64,000 nt of DNA from the NCBI GenBank assembly GCA_002269645.1, contig NIVC01002525.1, positions 62,001 through 126,000 of the forward strand, written 5' to 3'. Below are positions 26,351 to 36,704 of the stretch, piece by piece. The notes beneath the pieces were generated by a model, which saw only the letters and a list, made by a program, of their open reading frames with translations, was not told the origin of the DNA and did no database searches. The translations under genes and the position numbers were made by a program. The stretch is from Macrostomum lignano (Eukaryota). The first letter of the stretch is position 1, and each line of letters starts with the position of its first letter.

Positions 26351-28076
26351 CAGGGAATACTCTACATATGGAAGTGACACTCCCCGATTCAGGCCTCTCA
26401 GGGCGGACCAACCCAGGCCAAGGTTTTTTTCGAACGAAAAAGCATGACTTGAAAAAAGCTTTGTTACTTCTTGCTTGGAGGGGGGTTTCAAACACTGTCC
26501 ACTCTGTCCCGACTCCCTTATTTCGAAAGGAGCAGAAGAGCAGGGGCAGAGAGGACAGTGAGAAAAAATAATGTTGGAGAGGAAAACACTGACTTAACAA
26601 AAATAAAGACACTTAATGTACATCCTGTATACAAAAGTGGGCGCTCTGGGGATGAACCATAAACGTACATCTGCCTTTTCCCTGTCCTTTCAGTTGTGAT
26701 TCTTATATAAACTCCAACAAAGTTTCGAGTAACGAAAAATCCCATTTTCCTGCTGTGTTATTGACTGCAATTCCTGGTTCCGGCTATGCGAATGCGATCC
26801 ACACCGACAGAGAAGAAAATTCGCTTTTATTCCGTTTCAAAAGGACACTTCATTGCTGCAGCGACGGCTACATGCCATTCTGAACAAAAATCTGCATCAG
26901 CATTTTGAATGTTCCAACACCTATCGCTGGTCAGCAGCTAAAAAAGCCAGAATGCCCGCCGATTACAAGAGAACTCTGGCAGCTTGAACACCTACTAGCA
27001 TTCGCCGAATTTCTACAGAACTGGCGCCAGTGGCGCGCAGCTGCAGCGGGCAAGAACTGCTTGACGAATGAAACCTTCGGTAGCTTCATTCCGACATGTT
27101 CTGCGATTCCGAAACTTTGCTCAAGACTATTTGCTACGGTGCACTTTCAGTATGCTTTGCTCGGAAAGTTTCTTTCGGAACCCATTGAGAGGCAATTCGG
27201 AAGGTATCGACAGATGTCAGGTGCTCTATACTATTGTACATCAGCTCGAAGAAGATTATTCAGTATGAAAATAAGACTAGAGTGATGTCGCTTCTATCCA
27301 TTTCTTATATCATTACCTGGCCTTGCGACGTGAGGAATCCTCAGAAAAGAAAGCCTGAATGTCATGTTTTACATCGTAGGATATCTGTCAAAGTCCATTG
27401 GTAAACGCTGTCATGGGTATCGCCAGTTTCTGGTCAGCGAGAACAACTTTCCAGCACTGGAAATCCCAACTGAAAATTTAGATCAGAGGCCGGCAAACTC
27501 CGTCCACTTTATCCTCTCTATCAATGGCAATTGATGGCAATGGCAAACTTCAATGGCAATTCGGCTCGGCCCGCACAAAGTTGCTGTCCCTTCTAAGTTC
27601 TCTCCTCTCCTCTCTCCTCTCCTCACCTTTCTTATCACCTCTATTCTTTCATCTCCTCACTTTTCTTATCTTCTGTCTTCTCTCCTTTCTTTTCTCCTCT
27701 CATCGATCTTCTCTCTTTTCTCTTTTATTTCTCTCCTTTCTTTTCTCCTTTCATCGATCTTCTCTCTTTTCTCTTTTATTTCTCTCCTTTCTTTTCTCCT
27801 TTCATCGATCTTCTCTCTTTTCTCTTTTATTTCTCTCCTTTCTTTTCTCTTTTATTTCTCTCCTTTCTTTTCTCCTTTCATCGATCTTCTCTTCTGTTTC
27901 TCTCATTTCTCTCCTTTTTTTCTCCTCTCATCGATGTCTCATCTCCTCTTTATTCTTCTCTCTCCCCCCATTCCCTCACCTTTCCACTCTCATCTGGGTG
28001 GGTTTTGGGGACGAGTTGGCCCGGGTTGGTCCGCCCCCATTGGGGAGTGTCACTTCCATATGTAGAGTATTCCCTG
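26351..28076 (+). mobile_element. P-superfamily DNA transposon, internally deleted, non-autonomous
   Basis: Perfect 35-bp TIRs cagggaatactctacatatggaagtgacactcccc; 7-bp TSD ccccggc. Decayed THAP start (PFSCCVIDCNS..GY..SLLFRF.KD...QHFE, ~26740-26910) fused to a transposase C-terminus (LTNETF...YALLGKFLSEPIERQFGRYRQMSG; FYIVGYLSKSI). Confidence 0.92.
27595..27990. repeat. CT-rich low-complexity repeat inside the P element
   Basis: tttctctcctttcttttctc...atcgatcttctctc units; the ORFs 27524-28189 and 27553-28065 are artefacts of it. Confidence 0.9.
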
Positions 28077-28384
28077 CCCCGGCCCAAGTTGGAATTCCAC
28101 CCAAGACATTTTCATTGAAAGCTAAATTACTAGAAATTGCACATTTTCGTTTTAAAAAGGTCAATTTTCACAGTTTTTACTCTTTTTAACGTTAAAATGC
28201 TGACTTTATTGAACAAAATTAATCACTTCATCAGCAGAAACCATAATTTTTACAACTTAATCGTCAAAAATGCTGTTTCATCATTCAAATGTATGTATTT
28301 GGTACGTGGAATACCCCTCAAGAAGTCAGGGAAGGGATTATTCTTGAATATTGGGTTAAAACGTACAGTTTGCTATAAACCTAG

Positions 28385-28806
28385 TGTAACGGTTTGGAAA
28401 TTCTGTAATTCAAATCTTAGTTTATTTACATGGTGTATTTAACTTTATTCAAATCCTTAGCTGTTTAGATTACGTGCGTAATTTATTCTAGGGTTTTAAT
28501 ATTACGTATTTTGTTAATTTGGTTTCCGTTTCCAAGAAATGCGACTCATAATTTTAACATGTAAGTTCTAGTCTTTTTGTCTGTAAGCGTGTGGCAGCCT
28601 GGGACGTAGATCAACCTAGCATGTACGTGAGATACAATAATTATAATCAGAGCCGATCACCAGTGTACGCATTCATACTAAGACAGTAAGATTTCTTATG
28701 CTCCGAGTATAGTAAATCGTCCAGGACTGACAGACGTATCTGCTGAACCATATACGTTGCTAACACTCTCTTCGCTAGTAATATTAAATATACCGGACTC
28801 GTTACA
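28385..28806 (+). repeat. 5' LTR (422 bp)
   Basis: tgtaac...gttaca; one difference from the 3' LTR seen by eye (ctagg vs ctatg). Confidence 0.97.
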
Positions 28807-28812
28807 TCAATT

Positions 28813-28825
28813 TGGAGGTCCCACC
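28813..28825 (+). promoter_or_regulatory. Primer-binding site complementary to the tRNA-Gln 3' end
   Basis: tggaggtcccacc is the reverse complement of GGTGGGACCTCCA, the eukaryotic tRNA-Gln 3' end as I recall it; starts 6 nt after the LTR. Confidence 0.8.
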
Positions 28826-29437
28826 ACCGAACTCTTCATATCAGTCATCATCATCAGGCGTCCGTCAGCATTCAGGCTCCCATCCTCATCAGGCACTGCG
28901 ACACGAGAATTTTGGCCGGGTACACAATAGCCATCTGCAACCGCAACCAGGTCCTACACTACAGTATTGCGGCGAGGCTCAGGCAGCACAATTTCGTTTC
29001 AACTTGTCTAAAACCGCGTGAGTCAGCTCTACATCTAGACCCAAGGCCAAGCGAAAACAGTCAATACGCTCGTAGCTACGGCGCGTCAAAACCCCAGCCG
29101 GTCAACTCAGCGTAAACAACACTCAACTGTTCTGAGGTCCGTCTAAGCTGCCGACTGAACCGCGAGACCACCACCCCAGCGGCAGCCACCCCTAAAGGCC
29201 ACAGCCAATCCGGTCCAAGCGGCAGTACGGCAGGACGGCAGTCTGTACATTGTACTCCACGGCCAATAACCTCCAAGAGTTTCATCACAGTTGTGAGTGT
29301 GGTTGCTTCTTTTTGGGCTGTTTAGCTGAGCTTACCTGGCTGTTCAAAGGTGTGTACGCGTGTAGGTTTTTTTCTTCCTTTCCTCTCTGTAATCTTAGTC
29401 TTCACTTTGCACTGGCACACCTCTTTTTTCTCTCAAT

Positions 29438-32400
29438 ATGTCTGTAGAGCAATCAGCCATTGGAACTCAAGGCGCACCTCTGTTGGGTGAACCCATTAAG
29501 CTGCCTGAGACTGAGAAGGCTCAAAACGAAGCCGAGTTAAACCAAATTGCTACTGAGAGTAGCGTGGGTGCTATTTTAGGAAGTCTTGACAGAACGCTGG
29601 GCAACTTGGATGCTAAGCTTGACTATGCGAGAGTGCCTGAGGCAAAGCTGAAAGCCCCACCTTGCTACCACCCTAAAATCAGATTTGAGCTCTGGGAGAC
29701 ACAACTCCGGGCCTATTTAAGCGTTAACAGAGTTCAGCGGGAGCACTGTGGCGGTGTTCTTTTCTCTCTACTATCGCCAGAAGTCCAAGAGTTTTACTAC
29801 AATAGCAAACTACAGGATCTAGCGTTTCCAGCAGCATTAGAAGCTCTCCGCGAGCGGTACACGGACTCTAGCAGTGCCGATAAATTTTACATTGAGCTGA
29901 CAGTTGCCCACCAAGCTGATGGCGAAGGAATTCAAGAATTCTGTGACCGTCTTGTAGCCCTAGCCACCGCAGCTAAAATTTCTGCTCCACACAGCGATCC
30001 ATTGGTTCGGTCACGTTTTTGTTATGGAGTTCTAGACAAAAATCTAGCTGAGAAACTAATTACAATGACCCAGGAGTCACCCAAAGCAACCCTTCAAGAC
30101 CTCCTGAAGAAAGCCAAAAGGTTTCTAGACATTCAGAAGCTGCTGAAACCGACTGAGACAAGCAAGATCCGGCAGTTAGAAGTAGACGAGATAAGCCGAC
30201 TCAAAAACAGGATCCAAGAACTTGAGACAGAAGTCAAGCAGAGGGGCAAGTTCGAACACGAATTTAATAGCCAGCCTACTGGGGGATTTAGACCACAGGC
30301 TTTGCACACTGCCACTGATAAACCACCGAGGTACAATGCGCCTATCACGGACAGGCACGCAGGCAAGCGGCACTGCTTCAGGTGCGGTTCAGCTGATCAC
30401 CTGGTAGCAGAGTGCCCTGGCTCAGGTGCACCTGAAAACGGTAAATTTTCATGGCGCCACCCGAGGCAGCCCACACAGAAAGGCTCAGCTAAAGTGGAAA
30501 AAGAGCTGGGTAGAATTTCCTACTGGTCAAATGCCTACGGATTCATCCAGTCTCTGCCTCTGGGAGATTCTGTTTTCGTACACTTCTCGCAGCTCAGCAG
30601 CGAGTTAAAGGATCTTGTCCCCGCCCATCAGATTGTCGGAGCGCCCGTAGAGTTTATCCGGCTAGCCGACAAGGGCAAGAAAAACGACCGTGCTGTTGAT
30701 GTTGTGAGTAGTAACCAGGATGTCCGGTGCAGCCAAACCGTGTCTAGGGCAGAATCCTCCAGCTCCGGGTACTACCTGCAGGCCACTGTGGGAGACATTA
30801 AGCTGATTGGGTGTCTAGATAGTGGTTCAAATGCGTCCATCATCAGCCCAGAAATTCGGGACAAACTGTTAGCAGCCGATCCTATCAATAATCGCTTCAC
30901 GGCCGCAACTACAGTGCAGTCAGCTTCGGGATTCAATAGTGCCTCCAGCCGAATCCTTGGCAAGTTAGTTTGCGAGGTTCAAGTAGCGAATGAGACAAAG
31001 CCGCACGTTTTCCTAGTCATAGAACACTCGATCTCCGACACTCTCTTTGGGATCGACTTCATGCGGAATTTCCGGATTAATTTATTGGTGGCAGAGGGTC
31101 GAGCGACGGCTGGAGGTGAGCTTATTCCTGTCATCGAAGGGGACAGTAGCATCTTCCAAGTCAAGAGAGTGCTGGCGGCTTGCAATGTCGAACTGCCGCC
31201 CAGGTCGGAGACTCTAATCCCTGGGAGGGTGATAGACAGTCAGCCTAACACCTGCGGCTCCGTGGGTGGCAAGATTTTTGCGAACGACTCGAGCCTCTTA
31301 ATAGCACACTCGGTAGACCAAGTAAACAGTTCCAATCATATCTTGCTGCGGGTCTTAAACACCAGTGAAGAACCAGTATCACTCAGAAGAGAAGATGAAA
31401 TGGGATCCTTCCAGCAGTTGGGGCCAAACGAGACAATCAGTAAAACTTCAATTTCTGAAAAAGACTTTAAAATCGAAAACACTGATCAGCTCCTTAGAAA
31501 ACTCAATCAGCTGCCTAGTCCAGATGAAGGTACAGCGAAGTGGCTATCAAACCAGTTTCGCCTAACGGAGTCCAAACTCAGCGAGGAACAGTTGGGAACT
31601 ACACTGAAAATGCTTAACTATTTCTTAAGTCAAATCTCTCGTAGTGAGCACGATATCTCGAGAACCCAATTGCATGAACTAGCTATCGAACTGAAAGACC
31701 CTAGCTGTAGGCCGATCACGCAGCCATCACGCCGCACCACCCCGGCTCAAAAAGATTTCCTTGACAAATATATAGAACAGCTAGTGGAGCAGGGCATAGT
31801 AGAAGAGTGTGATTCCGAGTGGGCCTCACCAATTGTCTTAGTCAAAAAGAAGGACCAGTCTTACAGAATGTGTGTTGACTACAGAGCGGTCAACAAGCTA
31901 ATAAAGCCGTGTAGCTTTCCGCTCCCATTAATGGATGAAACGTTTGATAGCCTTGCCGACTCTACCATCTTTTCAACACTAGATTTAACAAGTGCATACT
32001 GGCAGGTAGGAATTAGAGAGCAAGACCGAGACATTACGGCTTTTTCTTGCCCCCAGGGCACATTCCGTTGGCGAGTTGTGCCATACGGTATCAAAACGGC
32101 ACCATCTAACTTTGCTAAGCTGATGCACCGTGTGCTCAAACCCTTGCTGATGAGAGTTAGCCTCGTCTATCTTGACGACGTCATTATCAAAGCTCGAACT
32201 AGTAGCGAAATGATAACAAACCTAGCGCTGGTGTTTTGGCAACTACAAAAGGCAAACCTAAAAATTAAGCCAGCTAAATGCGAGCTTTTCAGGGAAAAAC
32301 TAAAGTTTTTAGGATTTGTAGTATCGGCGGATGGAATCGAGACGGACCCCAGCAAAACAGAGGCCGTCCAGAGTTGGTGTAGGCCAAAGACAGGGAAACA

Positions 32401-35400
32401 ACTCTTGTCATTCTTAAATTTTGCCAACTATTACCGTAAATTTGTGCCAAAATTCTCGATCATAGCAGCTCCACTGTACGCTATCGCTAACTCCGATAGG
32501 TTTCACTGGGAAGAAAAGCACGAAGAAGCTTTCAAACAGTTAAAGGACAGTCTCTGCAATCCTCCAACTCTGGCGTACCCGGATATGCGTCCAGAAGCCG
32601 GCCCCTTCGTGCTAGACTGTGACAGCTCTGGCCTGGGGGTGGGAGGAGTCCTGTCCCAGGTTGGCAAAGCTGGTAAAGAGCATGTGATAGCATTCGCTTC
32701 GAAGAAGTTCAACAATGCACAAAGAAATTATTGTGCAACAATGCGCGAGCTGCTCGGTTTGATTATCATGCTAGAGCAGTTCCGCACTTACCTCTTAGAC
32801 AGGCCTTTCGTCGTCCGAACTGACGCCGTGGCGCTTAAATGGCTTCATTCCAAAAAACACGCTACGGGAATGCTAGCCCAGTGGCTTGTGATCCTAGAGC
32901 CTTACAACTTTAGCGTTGAGCAGACGCCGCTGGAACGCTTGGCAGACTTTGACTTCTCCGTGGAACATAGGCCTGGGGAGAGCCACATTAATGCCGACAT
33001 TCTCAGTCGCAATCCCAAATTCCGTCCGGACCATTTCGACTGCCCATCTTGCTCTCGTATTCCAGAGTTTCAGGCCAGGTTCGGATGCCAAAGTAGCGCC
33101 GTTAGAGCCGTTAAAATAGGCTGTGCTAAATTAGAAAAGCACGAGGCTTCGACTCAAACCGAAGGTACACACTTTTTAGATCAACCAACCATGTGTGAAC
33201 CCACTAGGAATGATGACCACGGCAATGAGAGCCGGCTTGATAGTTGTCACTCAGTTAGCCAAGCGATCCAGACTGATCCATCAGGCACAAACCAGAAAGA
33301 AACCTCTGAAGATAGCCAAATTCAAGTGACAAAACCTAAGGTTCAGGTGGCTAAAATTGCAACTAATTCTAACAATGACCAAAGTGCGAAGAGTGACAGA
33401 ACGAGCGGTAGTCATTCCTTCCACATTGGAACCAGCCTAGCGAATCAAGCCGCTGATGATGCAAGCGAATTAAGCCTACCACAGAGTGAGGCTGATGAGA
33501 GAGTAGATGTGGATTGGGTGACGCTGGCACAAGAGTCAAACGTAGATCTGCTGAGAATCAAGCAATCCGTAGCTGGCTCCGAACCGAAACTTAGCAAACA
33601 GGATATTCAAGATTGCAGTCGAGAAATTAAAACTCTCTGGGCTCTGTATAACGAACTGTCAGTTGAAAATGGCTTGCTCTACCGCACAAAGCCAGCGAGG
33701 AAGGGCAAACCGAGTGTTAAGCAGTTGATAATTCCCTCGTCTGCAAATTTAGATGAACTAGTAATCAAGTACCATAGAGCGTGCAACCATTCAGGAGCCA
33801 ATAAAACCACGGCGGCATTGAAGGCACGTTTCTTGATCTTTGATCTGGAAACTTACGTAAGAGTATCGTTGCCGAATGCGAAACTTGCGCCAGAGTTAAG
33901 AAAGGTACAAAGAAGATTAGAGCCCCCCTGCAGCCTACCTTGGCAGGGTATCCCAATCAGGTGGTACACGTTGACCATTGTGGACCTTTTCCTGAATCTA
34001 ATGGTATGCGGTATCTTCTGGTGCTGATTGATCGTTTCACCAGCTTCGTCGAGATTGTCCCGGTGCCTGATGTCTCAGCAGGAACTACGGCGCTAGCCAT
34101 CCTCACTGAATGGGTGGTAAGGTATGGGACGATGGAACAGATTGTCTCAGATAACGGCACTGCATTCATTAACGCTACGGTTGCCGAGTTGACTCGAATA
34201 CTCGAAATCGACATGGTTAGAATCGCAGCGAGAAGACCACAGGCCAATGGCAAGGCCGAACGAGCTATCCAAACGATCAAAACCAAAGTTCGGGCAGTGT
34301 GTGCTGATCGTAGAATAGGGTGGCCTTTGGCTGCTAAGCTTGTGGGGTTGTCGATCCGGACGACCGAATCCGAGTCTACCGGCTTCACGCCAGCCAAGTT
34401 GTTCTTCGGGAGAGAACTCGACATCCCCTTGGACCTCCAGTACAACCCACCACCAAGAGAATACTATGATCCGGAATCTTACGCACACACCCTGCACAAA
34501 GCCCTGGTCGAAACATCGGCTACGGCTCGCGCTTTGCGGGGAAAGGCCCAGAGAAGACAAAAGCGCTACTATGACAGAGCCGTTTTTAAACCTAACTTTG
34601 AAGTAGGTGAGCTGGTCTGGGTTCGAAACCCGGATCACAGAGGCCTTGACCCAGCAGTTTGGTTGGGACCATACCGCGTAGTTCAGCAAATATCCGAGCG
34701 CAACTATCGGCTCCTGCCCGAATTTATTAAAGAAAATCCATTCATTCGAACTCCTAACCCGAGCCACAATATTTATAATGTAGACAGAATCAAAAAATGC
34801 ATACGCAAGCCGAACTATCAAGACACCATTGACCGTTTCGGTCTAAAAATAACTGCACGGTTGCCGGAATCTCGTGTGGGAAATTGTGACGAGGACTCGC
34901 CAGCCTCGGATTCCAGCTCGGACTCCGACATGGAAGAGCGTGGATTACCTTACTTCCCAGTTGCAGGGCTGGGATCGAACCAGGTGCAGTCCAGTGAGAA
35001 CCAGGTGCAGTCCAGTGAGAACCAGGTGCAGTCCAGTGAGAACCAGGTGCAGTCCAGTGAGAACCAGGTGCAGTCCAGTGAGAACCAGGTGCAGTCCAGT
35101 GAGAACCGGTGCAGTCCAGTGAGAACCAGGTGCAGTCCAGTGAGAACCAGGTGCAGTCCAGTAAGAACCTGGTGCAGCCTGGTGAGAACCAGGTGCAGTC
35201 CGGCGAGAACCAGGTGCAGTCCAGTGAGAAACGGTTGCAGCCCGGTGAGACTCCGGTGTGTACAGGTGGAACCCAAGGACAACCGGTTGAGCACCTTGGT
35301 CAGCCAGTTTTGGACCTGTTGCAACCCAGAACAGAGTCTGGAGATTTTGTGCAGGAGCCAGATTTTTTAAGTGAAAAACACACTCAACACCGTGTGCCTG

Positions 35401-35705
35401 AAGTAGGTAATAGTAGCACGAATCGACTCGAACAAGTCGAGGATGGCCAGGTTCCTTCAATCGGTGCGGAGGTAGAGATAGTGGGAGATAGAACGCGTGA
35501 GTTGCCTGGAACCGCCAGCCAAGGACAGAGGACGGAGCCAGCTGGCCAGCGTGAAACAGTGGAACCAAACCCATCGTTATCAGACAGAGTCAGTACTCGG
35601 GGTAGCATTTACACCACTCGAAGTGGCAGGGCGGTTCGGCCGCCAACCAGATTTTTGCAGGTGCTTGCCGGGTTTTGCCACCGCTCCAATTCCAACAGTC
35701 TTTGA
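29438..35705 (+). CDS. Gag-Pol polyprotein (~2089 aa if two single-base deletions are repaired): capsid, CCHC knuckle, cold-shock domain, protease, RT, RNase H, integrase, repetitive tail
   Basis: CFRCGSADHLVAEC (30374-30415); CSD-like 30503-30706; LDSGS (30818); YLDD (32168); LDCDSS/RELLG/RTD RNase H; H..H...CETC, VHVD, SDNG and GKAER integrase motifs. Frame changes near 33860 and 35107 are each explained by one missing A. Confidence 0.93.
34978..35240 (+). repeat. 21-bp coding minisatellite in the integrase tail, (NQVQSSE) x ~12
   Basis: Unit aaccaggtgcagtccagtgag. Confidence 0.95.
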
Positions 35706-36270
35706 TTTCCTTCTCTTTCCCTCCATTCGTTGTGTTGTCTCGCTTTGTTCTCTTCTTCCTTTTCTGTTCTTTGTTTTCCGTGCCAGTGCCAAGTTAGCCC
35801 TGAGTCTGCCGGTTGCGTTGCCGCCGGTGGGTTGTGTGTGTGTGGGGCGGCGTCCCGTCCGTGTGTTGGCTGGGTGAGCTCTGCTGCGCAGTTCGAATTG
35901 AAGTTCGTGCATTCCGATCCGTGGTGACGTTATTTTCGGTTCTGTGATTTTCTTTTGTCACTTAGCTCTCGGTTTCAGTTGTAATTATTAATTGTTATTT
36001 TACGTCCTTGCTTATAAAAGTTTCAGTGATGCAATATTTTAATCCGTGCTAGTTACAGAATGTTACTTAAGGTCTTTTAAATCCCATGCAATATGCTCAA
36101 TAACTTCTCAACATTCGTATACTTTCGGTGACGTCTACTTTGAATATTTCGTTCACTCCGTTCGTGTTCCCATTCTTGTGTCATTCAATTTCTGTTCGAT
36201 GTGTTCGGTTAATAACGCTAATCATGTTAATAATGTTTCATGGAGTTTACTGCCAATAGGCTCGTTATGG

Positions 36271-36282
36271 AAGGGAGGCGAG
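36271..36282 (+). promoter_or_regulatory. Polypurine tract
   Basis: aagggaggcgag directly before the 3' LTR. Confidence 0.85.
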
Positions 36283-36704
36283 TGTAACGGTTTGGAAATT
36301 CTGTAATTCAAATCTTAGTTTATTTACATGGTGTATTTAACTTTATTCAAATCCTTAGCTGTTTAGATTACGTGCGTAATTTATTCTATGGTTTTAATAT
36401 TACGTATTTTGTTAATTTGGTTTCCGTTTCCAAGAAATGCGACTCATAATTTTAACATGTAAGTTCTAGTCTTTTTGTCTGTAAGCGTGTGGCAGCCTGG
36501 GACGTAGATCAACCTAGCATGTACGTGAGATACAATAATTATAATCAGAGCCGATCACCAGTGTACGCATTCATACTAAGACAGTAAGATTTCTTATGCT
36601 CCGAGTATAGTAAATCGTCCAGGACTGACAGACGTATCTGCTGAACCATATACGTTGCTAACACTCTCTTCGCTAGTAATATTAAATATACCGGACTCGT
36701 TACA
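36283..36704 (+). repeat. 3' LTR (422 bp)
   Basis: Direct repeat of 28385-28806. Confidence 0.97.

Larger units (their letters stand above)
28385..36704 (+). mobile_element. Full-length Ty3/Gypsy LTR retrotransposon (8320 bp)
   Basis: TG...CA LTRs, 4-bp TSD ctag (28381-28384, 36705-36708), PBS, PPT, and Gag-PR-RT-RH-IN domain order. Confidence 0.98.

Noticed and set aside
33840-33870. Programmed -1 ribosomal frameshift
   Set aside because: It falls inside the integrase zinc-binding motif, has no slippery heptamer, and is explained by one lost A.
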